Part shown: positions 53,912-61,016 of the stretch, one piece after another
Numbering within the stretch: the stretch's first letter is position 1
How the letters are laid out: the number at the start of each line of letters is the position of its first letter
Source of the DNA: Eubacteriales bacterium
Lineage (GTDB): Bacteria; Bacillota; Clostridia; Oscillospirales; CAG-382
Assembly: GCA_045533335.1 (NCBI GenBank)
Contig: JAZSHQ010000055.1
Coordinates: 1,713 to 65,712, forward strand
Length of the DNA: 64,000 nt
Direction of reading: 5' to 3'
Translations under genes and position numbers: made by a program
Notes under the pieces: generated by a model
The model's input: only the letters and a program-made list of their open reading frames with translations
The model's database searches: none
What the model was told of the DNA's origin: nothing

Positions 53912-54805
53912 TTAAACAGAAAATTCAAACATTATCGCTTCGGTGTTATCCTCGGAATATTCAAGCTCCTCGGATATAACGCGGGCGAGCGTTACCGCGT
54001 CTTCCCCGCCGTTTTGCAAAAGCGAGGCAAGCAGCCTTTCGCAAAACAGACAAAAGCCAAGAGCTGCGCGGAATTCATCCTCGCACAGCGCGGCGGTACA
54101 ATGGCGGTAAACGAAATATGCGAGCGCACGTTCAAGCGTGTTTTCCTTCTCTGCGCAATTAAAAAGCTCGGAGGAATAGTGCGAAAACAGCCCGCGATGA
54201 GCGTTATCGAGATATTCGAGCGAGGAAAGCAATTCGCGCCAAGCGTTGTCCGAAATATCGGAAGGCGAAACGGCGAATTCACCGTATATCGCGTTCAGCC
54301 GTTGGTTATACGGTGTTTTTCGGTCGGACAGCAATGAATATACCCGTTTTCGCAATACGCGCGAATCATAATCCGCTTCTTCCCGCCCCTCGGCTTCGCC
54401 TATTTCGAGCATCTCGCCGTAACCGTCGGATGTTAGTATAAGCCGACACGCCTCCTCGCACGCCATCCCCAACCCGACTTCCAAGCCGTCTTTCGTTTGA
54501 TTGTAAAAGCGCGGATGCTCGCGGCAAATATCGCAAAGAAAGCCATCGCCGAGATTAAGAATTATCCTGCAAAGATTGTTTTCGTCAAGATGCGGACAGC
54601 ATTCGCCCTCGCAAAGCCGAAAATGCGGCGTTTCACCGCATTCGATGCTTTTTAATATCTCGCTTGCATAAGGGTGAGTAAGCGCGCGGTATTTGCAAAG
54701 CGCGGTGTCGTCGATATCGATCTCCCAGCCGACACAACAGCTATGCCTGCACTTGTCGGCAATACATTTGAATTTATTGTAATAGCTCGGTGCAAATAGC
54801 TTCAT
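53912..54805 (-). CDS. FliB-family Cys-rich protein (flagellin lysine-N-methylase-like)
   Basis: The start is set at MKLFAPSYYNKFKCIADKCRHSCCVGWEIDID after a GGAGG SD; this N-terminal Cys pattern is the family signature. No flagellar genes are in the window. Confidence 0.7.
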   Translation of the reverse strand: MKLFAPSYYNKFKCIADKCRHSCCVGWEIDIDDTALCKYRALTHPYASEILKSIECGETPHFRLCEGECCPHLDENNLCRIILNLGDGFLCDICREHPRFYNQTKDGLEVGLGMACEEACRLILTSDGYGEMLEIGEAEGREEADYDSRVLRKRVYSLLSDRKTPYNQRLNAIYGEFAVSPSDISDNAWRELLSSLEYLDNAHRGLFSHYSSELFNCAEKENTLERALAYFVYRHCTAALCEDEFRAALGFCLFCERLLASLLQNGGEDAVTLARVISEELEYSEDNTEAIMFEFSV

Positions 54806-54834
54806 TCTGCCGCCTCCGATTATTTGTTTCGAAT

Positions 54835-54863
54835 ATTTTACCACAAACGGCGCGGTTAGTCAA
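54835..54863 (-). promoter_or_regulatory. Sigma-70-type promoter (TTGACT-17 nt-TAAAAT, TGn extended -10)
   Basis: On the minus strand, -35 lies at 54863-54858 and -10 at 54840-54835. Confidence 0.55.
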
Positions 54864-54932
54864 TCAACCCTTACGTTACCGCTTCTCCATCGGGCGTTGT
54901 TTTGTTTTTTTGTTTTTGTTTCTTTTTCCGCA

Positions 54933-54954
54933 GGGAGCTTTTGCAAAAGCTCCC
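54933..54954. repeat. Perfect 22-bp palindrome GGGAGCTTTTGCAAAAGCTCCC
   Basis: Read directly from the sequence. It lies ~70 nt upstream of the -35 at 54863, with no flanking U-tract in either orientation, so it is not a canonical terminator. Confidence 0.85.
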
Positions 54955-55061
54955 CACACCCCGCAAAACCTTTTATATCAAAAAGCCATAATACGGTTAT
55001 AGCTTTACAATATCCGCCCATTACATATAGTCGGCAAACAAGCAAAAAGGTTTGCTGTTAT

Positions 55062-55916
55062 TTACAAATCCTTAAAAGAAACCGCAAGCAAATGCCCCGA
55101 CAAGCCGATTATTTCATCGTGAAAATCGAGCATTCGCACCGTACGCATCAACGCCTCGCGCGTGTCGGCGTTGCGCCACAGCGTTTCTATATCCTGCGCC
55201 AGCCACGCACCGCCCATAACTCCGTGAACGCGTGTATTTCGGAAACCGCAATCGGCAAGTTCCGCTTTCAATTCTTTTGCGGTATGCAGATGCGAGCTTC
55301 CAAGCCCGCCTACAATGCTTTTTTCGGGATTTATATGCCGACCGTCGCAAAGCTCGCGCTCGACCATATTGAAAAATTCGGGGTCGTCTAGCCTTTTGTT
55401 TTTGTTCCCATCTCCCGTTCGGTAAAGCGTTATGCTGTGAAGCAGGACCGAATAGGGCGTTATCGCCGCCGAAAACAGCAAGCCGCCATCTTTTAATAAC
55501 CGCTTGCTCTCGTTAATTGCTCTTATCCGTTCCTCGTATTCAAGCAAATGATAAAGCGGACCCATAAGCAATACCGCGTCTGCACTTTTGTCGGGACGGG
55601 GAACAGAGCGCGCATCACACACCTCACACGCAGCAAGGCTTACTTCGGGATATTCGGCTTTTAACGTCACGCTCATTTCGATATTTCTTTTCGATAAATC
55701 GAATAGATGCACCTCGTACCCCTTATCGGCGAGCCAATACGAATACTCGCCGTATCCCCCGCCGATATCGTAAATGACCGCGGGCGGGTTTGGAAGATAT
55801 TCCGAAAGAAGCTCCTTCGTGCGTTCGAACTCGATCAAGCCGATACCCTCTCTTAGCCTGTTCATTTCCCCGCCGCATTCGTAAAATTCCAGCACCGATT
55901 TGTCGATAGATTTCAT
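55062..55916 (-). CDS. Class I SAM-dependent methyltransferase
   Basis: 284 aa. Motif I is VIYDIGGGYGEYSYWLA, followed by the acidic strand end HLFDLS. Confidence 0.85.
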   Translation of the reverse strand: MKSIDKSVLEFYECGGEMNRLREGIGLIEFERTKELLSEYLPNPPAVIYDIGGGYGEYSYWLADKGYEVHLFDLSKRNIEMSVTLKAEYPEVSLAACEVCDARSVPRPDKSADAVLLMGPLYHLLEYEERIRAINESKRLLKDGGLLFSAAITPYSVLLHSITLYRTGDGNKNKRLDDPEFFNMVERELCDGRHINPEKSIVGGLGSSHLHTAKELKAELADCGFRNTRVHGVMGGAWLAQDIETLWRNADTREALMRTVRMLDFHDEIIGLSGHLLAVSFKDL

Positions 55917-55935
55917 AATTTACTCCTCTCAAAAA

Positions 55936-55982
55936 CAATAAAAATAAAACGGTTAAAGGCTCGGCGTGAGCTTTTAACCGTT
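55936..55982 (-). terminator. Rho-independent terminator of the TIR transcription unit
   Basis: On the minus strand a 15-bp stem (AACGGTTAAAAGCTC / GAGCCTTTAACCGTT, one G-U pair) is followed by TTTTATTTTTATT. Confidence 0.8.
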
Positions 55983-56013
55983 CTTGTGTTGATTTATTGT
56001 TGCGCGAACAACA

Positions 56014-56097
56014 TTACGAACGCAAGAAAACAAGCCCGTTGCCGATTGCGACAATGGGTTGCTGTTGATTCATTTTCGAATTTAACATACGAATCAT
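56014..56097 (-). CDS. Candidate 27-codon micro-ORF between the TIR stop codon and its terminator (speculative)
   Basis: Hand translation gives MIRMLNSKMNQQQPIVAIGNGLVFLRS*. An AAAGGAG SD (rc of 56106-56112) lies 8 nt before the ATG at 56097. There is no other support. Confidence 0.2.
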   Translation of the reverse strand: MIRMLNSKMNQQQPIVAIGNGLVFLRS

Positions 56098-56160
56098 TTT
56101 CCGCGCTCCTTTGAATTTCATTTAATATCATAAACGCTTGCGCGAGATGACGAATACAAA

Positions 56161-57006
56161 TTATCTGATATACATCAGCAACTTTGCTTTATATTCTTCA
56201 ACCAGCATAATTTCACAGCGACGAAAATCGATAGGAAGCACCGCTTTGTTGCTTTCCATTATTTGGTCGTGTACGTTTTTCGTAACAACCATTATAAAGT
56301 TCGAATTCTTTTTTCGTCCCTCGTCTATTTCAGATTGAAAAATCTGCATTTCGAGCTTTACCCAGTAACTCTCCATATACGAAAGATCCGAAAGCACTAC
56401 CACAAAATGCGAAGACTTATCGAGTGCGTGCATAATCGACTTTCTGTATTGCGATTCAGACCTTTCGGGAAGCGACTTTTTGTCATAAAAAACCCTTTTG
56501 CCGTTTTGCTTCATAAAATAATACATTTCTTCGGCAATAGCAATATCGTTGCTTTTATGGCTTATGTAAATGTCGTATTCCGAAGTGGGTTGCGCAGGTA
56601 TAGATTTGGGTTGCGAAGATTCCTGTTTCGGTTGCGAAGATTCCTGTTTCGGTTGCGGGGGCACCGATTTTCCGCTTGTTTTACTTTCGTTTTGCTTGCG
56701 CTTGATAAGCACCACATCGTCCTCGTTCCGAGGGAATTCTTTCTTTTGCGAAAATACAGAATCGGGCACAAATTCCGATTTGTATGTCGTTGAATCGTTT
56801 GTCAGGTCGCCGGCAACAGCAAAAAAATTCTTCGAGGGACCCTTTTTTACAAGCGAGCTATCTTTATTTTTCGGTGTTTTTTCTAATTCGGCAGGCGCGC
56901 TGAAGCAGGATTTCGGGTTTGCGGTTTTGACAACCTGCTTTGCGCCGCACAATGCGCAAAAGGCATCATCTGCGCCAATCGGTCTGCCGCATTTGCAACA
57001 TTTCAT
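56161..57006 (-). CDS. Zinc-ribbon / low-complexity linker / TIR-domain protein
   Basis: 281 aa. The N-terminal zinc ribbon is CCKCGRPIGADDAFCALCG. The linker is P/Q/S/K-rich with PKQESSQ repeats. The C-terminal TIR has YDIYISHKSNDIAIAEE...HFVVVLSDLSYMESYWVKLEMQIF. An AAGGAGGGAG SD precedes the start. Confidence 0.85.
   Translation of the reverse strand: MKCCKCGRPIGADDAFCALCGAKQVVKTANPKSCFSAPAELEKTPKNKDSSLVKKGPSKNFFAVAGDLTNDSTTYKSEFVPDSVFSQKKEFPRNEDDVVLIKRKQNESKTSGKSVPPQPKQESSQPKQESSQPKSIPAQPTSEYDIYISHKSNDIAIAEEMYYFMKQNGKRVFYDKKSLPERSESQYRKSIMHALDKSSHFVVVLSDLSYMESYWVKLEMQIFQSEIDEGRKKNSNFIMVVTKNVHDQIMESNKAVLPIDFRRCEIMLVEEYKAKLLMYIR
56609..56657. repeat. 21-bp tandem repeat (2.3 copies) inside the TIR-gene linker
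   Basis: GGTTGCGAAGATTCCTGTTTC occurs at 56609-56629 and 56630-56650, with a partial third copy. It encodes the SQPKQES repeats. Confidence 0.9.
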
Positions 57007-57074
57007 AAATGCTCCCTCCTTTTATTTTTTAACGACCTGTTTTTTCGCCACACGAAAGCGACAATTTATGACAT

Positions 57075-57103
57075 ATTATAGCATAACAATATACCATTTT
57101 CAA
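57075..57103 (-). promoter_or_regulatory. Sigma-70-type promoter (TTGAAA-17 nt-TATAAT) dedicated to the TIR gene
   Basis: On the minus strand, -35 lies at 57103-57098 and -10 at 57080-57075, ~70 nt upstream of the ATG. Confidence 0.65.
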
Positions 57104-57136
57104 GCCTTTGCAGATAAATTCGCAGGTTATATATCA

Positions 57137-57170
57137 AAACACCGCCGAGGGAAATTCGGCGGTGTTTTTT
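57137..57170 (-). terminator. Rho-independent terminator downstream of pfp (bidirectional form)
   Basis: The sequence is AAAACACCGCCGA-gggaaat-TCGGCGGTGTTTTTT. The stem is nearly identical to that at 58990-59021. Confidence 0.8.
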
Positions 57171-57202
57171 GTTATTCGCTTTATGGTTTGCCGTTTCGCG
57201 GC

Positions 57203-58864
57203 TTATTTACCCTGTTCGAGAGCGAGAGTGATAGTGGTTGCATCGCAAACCTCGCTCGGGCCGAAGTACTGAATAGCACCGGGATAAACGAAGCAGGTAT
57301 TTTCTGCCCATTCCGCTCTGTTTGCGGCGAAATACTTGAAGGGCGCGCCGTCGAGCTCAACAAGAGCCTTGCGGATAACGGGCTTGTCCTTACCGTGTCT
57401 TCTTTCGATGTTCATCATCTTGGTCATAGGCATACCGCCTGCAACCCATTCCTCTGCGGGATTGCTGAGGTTGGAAACCTTGGAAAGGTAGCCGGTGTAG
57501 CCGTACTGGATGAGCATAAACGCGTTGTAGCCGAGAGAGTAGCAGTAGTCTGCATCGAAGTTCGAGGGGAACGCGCAACGGCCCTCGTAGCCGAGGAAGT
57601 GGTGGAGTGCCGAGAACTTGCCGTTGTAGGTGCCTGCTGCCTTGCGAGCCTTGAGGTTATCTGCAACGAGTGCAGAGAAAAGCTTTTCGGATTCGATAAG
57701 CGAAACCTGAACGTTACCGTGGGGGTCGCGTTCCAAGAAGAGCTGCTGCTGAATAGATTCGGGAAGGATAGCGAAAACAGCCATGGATTCCTTGGTAAGA
57801 CCGTTTTCGATAAACGCATATTTATCTGCCCAAGTGGGAAGTGCATTGAACGCATCGGTCTTTTCGCCTGCAAGAAGTTCATTGATTTCTGCGATAAGCA
57901 CAGAGAATTCGGGAACGAATTCAACTATACCTTCGGGAATGATAGCAACGCCGAAGTTCCAGCCCTTTGCCGCACGGGGGGCAACAGAATCTGCGATGTA
58001 ATCTGCGATTTCTGCCATAGACATCTTCTTTGCGGCAACTTCTTCGCCGATAAGGCAGATGTTGGGGCGGGTCTGAAGCGCACATTCAAGCGCAACGTGA
58101 GAAGCCGAACGGCCCATAACCTTAACGAAGTGCCAATACTTCTTTGCAGAGTTTGCGTCGCGTTCGATATTACCGATGATTTCGGAATAGGTCTTTGCCG
58201 CGGTATCGAAGCCGAAGGAGCATTCGATATCCTCATTCTTAAGGTCGCCGTCGATGGTTTTGGGACAGCCGATAACCTGAACGCCTGCGTTGTTTGCCGC
58301 AAAATATTCTGCCAAAACAGCTGCGTTGGTATTCGAGTCATCGCCGCCGATGATAACGATAGCGTTAATGCCGTGCTTTTTGCAAACCTCTGCTACAACA
58401 GCAAACTGTTCTTCGGTTTCGAGCTTAGTTCTGCCCGAGCCGATAATATCGAAGCCACCGGTGTTGCGGTACTGATTGATGTACTCGTCATCAAAAATAA
58501 TATAATCGTCTTCCAAAAGACCGGAGGGACCGCCCTTGAAACCGTAAAGAACGTTATCCTTGTCGGTTGCCTTTAATGCATCGTACAAGCCGCAGATAAC
58601 GTTGTGTCCGCCGGGAGCCTGACCGCCGGAGAGGATAACGCCGACCTTCTGAGTCTTAGCTTCTGCAGTGTTCTGACCTTTTTGAAAGGTGATTTCGTTC
58701 TTGCCGTAGGTGTTAGGGAACAACGCCTGGATCTTTTCCTGATCCGCAACACTTTCGGTTGCGCCGCCGTTCTTAACGCAGATTTCGGAAATACCGTTTC
58801 TGAGCATACCGGGCAACTTGGGGGTGTACTGATATCTTGCTGTCTGAAGAGGTGAAAGTTTCAT
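57203..58864 (-). CDS. pfp: Diphosphate--fructose-6-phosphate 1-phosphotransferase (PPi-dependent phosphofructokinase, long form)
   Basis: 553 aa. The sequence is typical of PPi-PFK, including [36 protein letters not shown] and MGRSASH. Confidence 0.95.
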   Translation of the reverse strand: MKLSPLQTARYQYTPKLPGMLRNGISEICVKNGGATESVADQEKIQALFPNTYGKNEITFQKGQNTAEAKTQKVGVILSGGQAPGGHNVICGLYDALKATDKDNVLYGFKGGPSGLLEDDYIIFDDEYINQYRNTGGFDIIGSGRTKLETEEQFAVVAEVCKKHGINAIVIIGGDDSNTNAAVLAEYFAANNAGVQVIGCPKTIDGDLKNEDIECSFGFDTAAKTYSEIIGNIERDANSAKKYWHFVKVMGRSASHVALECALQTRPNICLIGEEVAAKKMSMAEIADYIADSVAPRAAKGWNFGVAIIPEGIVEFVPEFSVLIAEINELLAGEKTDAFNALPTWADKYAFIENGLTKESMAVFAILPESIQQQLFLERDPHGNVQVSLIESEKLFSALVADNLKARKAAGTYNGKFSALHHFLGYEGRCAFPSNFDADYCYSLGYNAFMLIQYGYTGYLSKVSNLSNPAEEWVAGGMPMTKMMNIERRHGKDKPVIRKALVELDGAPFKYFAANRAEWAENTCFVYPGAIQYFGPSEVCDATTITLALEQGK

Positions 58865-58989
58865 TAAAATGACACTCCTTATATTACTAAAAATTCATAA
58901 CTAATGGCATTATACCCTATTTTGCGACAAATGTAAATAGCATTTTCTATTTTTTCCGATATGCATTTCGGATTCGATACGCCGTAAGC

Positions 58990-59021
58990 AAACACCGCCG
59001 AGATAGCTTTCGGCGGTGTTT
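58990..59021 (-). terminator. Hairpin terminating the MutS-like operon (weak U-tract)
   Basis: The sequence is AAACACCGCCGA-gatagctt-TCGGCGGTGTTT, with the same stem sequence as 57137-57170. Confidence 0.6.
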
Positions 59022-59092
59022 GATCGTTTTTATTAAATGACTTAGGTATTTAAAATTTCAATTATCATCTTCATCAAAATATATACACTGTT

Positions 59093-60673
59093 TTAAGCAT
59101 TCTCCATAGTTTGTGCAGCTTTCGCATTTTTTACTATTTCACTTTTTGTCAAACCGAACGCCTGAGCAATATCAGAAGCATAGCTTTTGCCGCCGTTACC
59201 ACGCACAATCTTGAAAATTCGTTTGTGGGAACCTTCATCGATTTGCGCCGTGAGGTTGTCAATACCTTCGTATTCTTCGCTCAAATCACATAGCTCATGA
59301 AAATGTGTCGCAAATATACCTTTTGAACCTATCTCCAAATACGCCGTGATAATCTCTGTTGAAATGGCTACCGCTTCTGCCGCATTCGTGCTTGAAAGTG
59401 CTTCATCAAATAAAAACAAGCTGTCTTTGGTGATAAATTTATTAATGCTTTGAATTTTGTTACATTCATCCGAAAGCCGTCCGTGAACGTATGAACGCTT
59501 TCTTATATCGACGAAATGAATAAATATATTATCAACAAGACGCAAAACAGCTTTGTTTGCAGGAAGCAACAAGCCCAAATGTAGCATAGCATACATTATT
59601 CCCACTGATTGTGTGTAAATAGATTTGCCACCTTGGTTAGGTCCGGTAAGAATATATATCGAATGTTGTTTATCAAAACAAAGCTCGTTTTTTACTACAT
59701 CATTTTTGCTTAAAGCGGACATTGCTAAAACAGGATGATATAGACCTGTTACTTCATCAGAAGTGCTCAAACCGGGTTTGCAAACTGCAAATCCCGATCC
59801 GATCAATTCATATAACACCTTGGTGCAAACCGAAACGAAAGTCCATTCATAAAGAATATTGGATAAATGACGCAGATTATTTATAATATGTTTTTTAATT
59901 ATACCCGACCAAGATTTCAACGAAGAAGATAATACTTTATTCATTGCAGAATTTATTGATGTACGAATAATATAAAATTCTTCGTTTGTCAATTTATGAT
60001 TTAACGGAAGCAGAGGAGCAGGACAATAAAAGTCGTCATTTCCAAAGTCCAATCTCAAAAGCTTATTCAGATAATCACCTGATACAAAACTCTGTTCATT
60101 GATAGTCAAAACACCTGCTTCGGAAGGTCTGAGTTGACTATCAAGATTTACACCAACAGTAATGCTCTTAATGTTTCTGATTTCATGAGATTGTTTTTCA
60201 ACTGCCTTACAAAGTGTATCAAAGTCATCTCCCTCGCATAACGGCTTTAATAACTCCCACAAAACCTTCAATGCTTTACTATTAACGTTAACGCTATGAA
60301 AAATATCCTTCATTTTTGTGAGGTATTCAACATATGCTTCTATTTCCCTAACGCTATACAATAATTTTTCGTTATTTTCCACCGTATCTTTTTGGTTTTG
60401 TAATGCGTAAATGTTTGCAAGACTTTCAAAACTCGAATCAAGCTTTTCAAATAGAGTTTTGTCGCTTAATAATTCTTCAAATAACTCTTGGCGCAATTCA
60501 AGTGTATCGGGACAAACCGAGAAAAACTCGCATAGCTCGTTTTCTTTCTCTCCGATCTTCTTGCCACGGTTGATATTAATTAAATTTTTAATGTCTAAAG
60601 CTTCAACAAACGAATAATCATCAAAAGCAATTCTGTTATCCTGTTCTGCCCAAATAATACTACTTAACATCAT
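59093..60673 (-). CDS. MutS-related ATPase A (MutS domain III/V core only; no mismatch-binding, Smr or nuclease domain)
   Basis: 526 aa. Walker A is TGPNQGGKSIY, Walker B is LFLFDEALSSTN, and ATHFHEL and the tail RGNGGKSYASDIAQAFGL are present. The gene is low-GC, and its SD GAGG overlaps the end of the upstream membrane ORF. Confidence 0.85.
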   Translation of the reverse strand: MMLSSIIWAEQDNRIAFDDYSFVEALDIKNLININRGKKIGEKENELCEFFSVCPDTLELRQELFEELLSDKTLFEKLDSSFESLANIYALQNQKDTVENNEKLLYSVREIEAYVEYLTKMKDIFHSVNVNSKALKVLWELLKPLCEGDDFDTLCKAVEKQSHEIRNIKSITVGVNLDSQLRPSEAGVLTINEQSFVSGDYLNKLLRLDFGNDDFYCPAPLLPLNHKLTNEEFYIIRTSINSAMNKVLSSSLKSWSGIIKKHIINNLRHLSNILYEWTFVSVCTKVLYELIGSGFAVCKPGLSTSDEVTGLYHPVLAMSALSKNDVVKNELCFDKQHSIYILTGPNQGGKSIYTQSVGIMYAMLHLGLLLPANKAVLRLVDNIFIHFVDIRKRSYVHGRLSDECNKIQSINKFITKDSLFLFDEALSSTNAAEAVAISTEIITAYLEIGSKGIFATHFHELCDLSEEYEGIDNLTAQIDEGSHKRIFKIVRGNGGKSYASDIAQAFGLTKSEIVKNAKAAQTMENA

Positions 60674-60686
60674 GCAACCTCAAAAT

Positions 60687-60989
60687 TCAAAATATCAAAA
60701 TATTTAGTTCCACCCCGCAAGCAAGAGCAAGGATAGGAAGTAAAATCAAATACAAAGTGGAAAATTTGTAGGAACGCCAAATTTTAGAAAAGAGATAATA
60801 AAAATAACAAACAAACAGCAAAATCGGCAATGCAATAATAACAAGCGTTGAAAACGTAAGTGCAATTAGAAAAGCGCTGACAATAAAGAAAATGAAAAAT
60901 ATTTTCAATAGCTTGTAAGTGGGAGAATCTATCAAATAGATTGTGCTTATATTCAGTATTCGTTCTGCAAATCTTGCAAATAATTTCAT
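60687..60989 (-). CDS. Small polytopic membrane protein (2-3 TM helices) embedded between the MutS-like genes
   Basis: 100 aa with an AGAGG SD 8 nt upstream. It lies 27 nt after gene B and 13 nt before gene A. Hydrophobic stretches are IFFIFFIVSAFLIALTFSTLVIIALPILLFVCYFYYLF and LYLILLPILALACGV. Confidence 0.6.
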   Translation of the reverse strand: MKLFARFAERILNISTIYLIDSPTYKLLKIFFIFFIVSAFLIALTFSTLVIIALPILLFVCYFYYLFSKIWRSYKFSTLYLILLPILALACGVELNILIF

Positions 60990-61016
60990 AACACAACCTC
61001 TTTTGACTTTCTACAC

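Noticed and set aside
56161-57006. Canonical Thoeris (ThsB) call for the TIR gene
   Set aside because: No ThsA-type (SIR2/Macro-SLOG) gene or any other known TIR-system partner lies within the flanking genes. The N-terminal zinc ribbon is also not the usual ThsB layout. It is kept as an orphan TIR finding rather than a named system.
56570-58576. 668-aa ORF on the plus strand
   Set aside because: It is antisense to both the TIR gene and pfp, and it runs straight through their promoter and terminator intergenic region. Its composition is Cys/Phe/Gly-rich nonsense, and pfp on the other strand is unmistakable.
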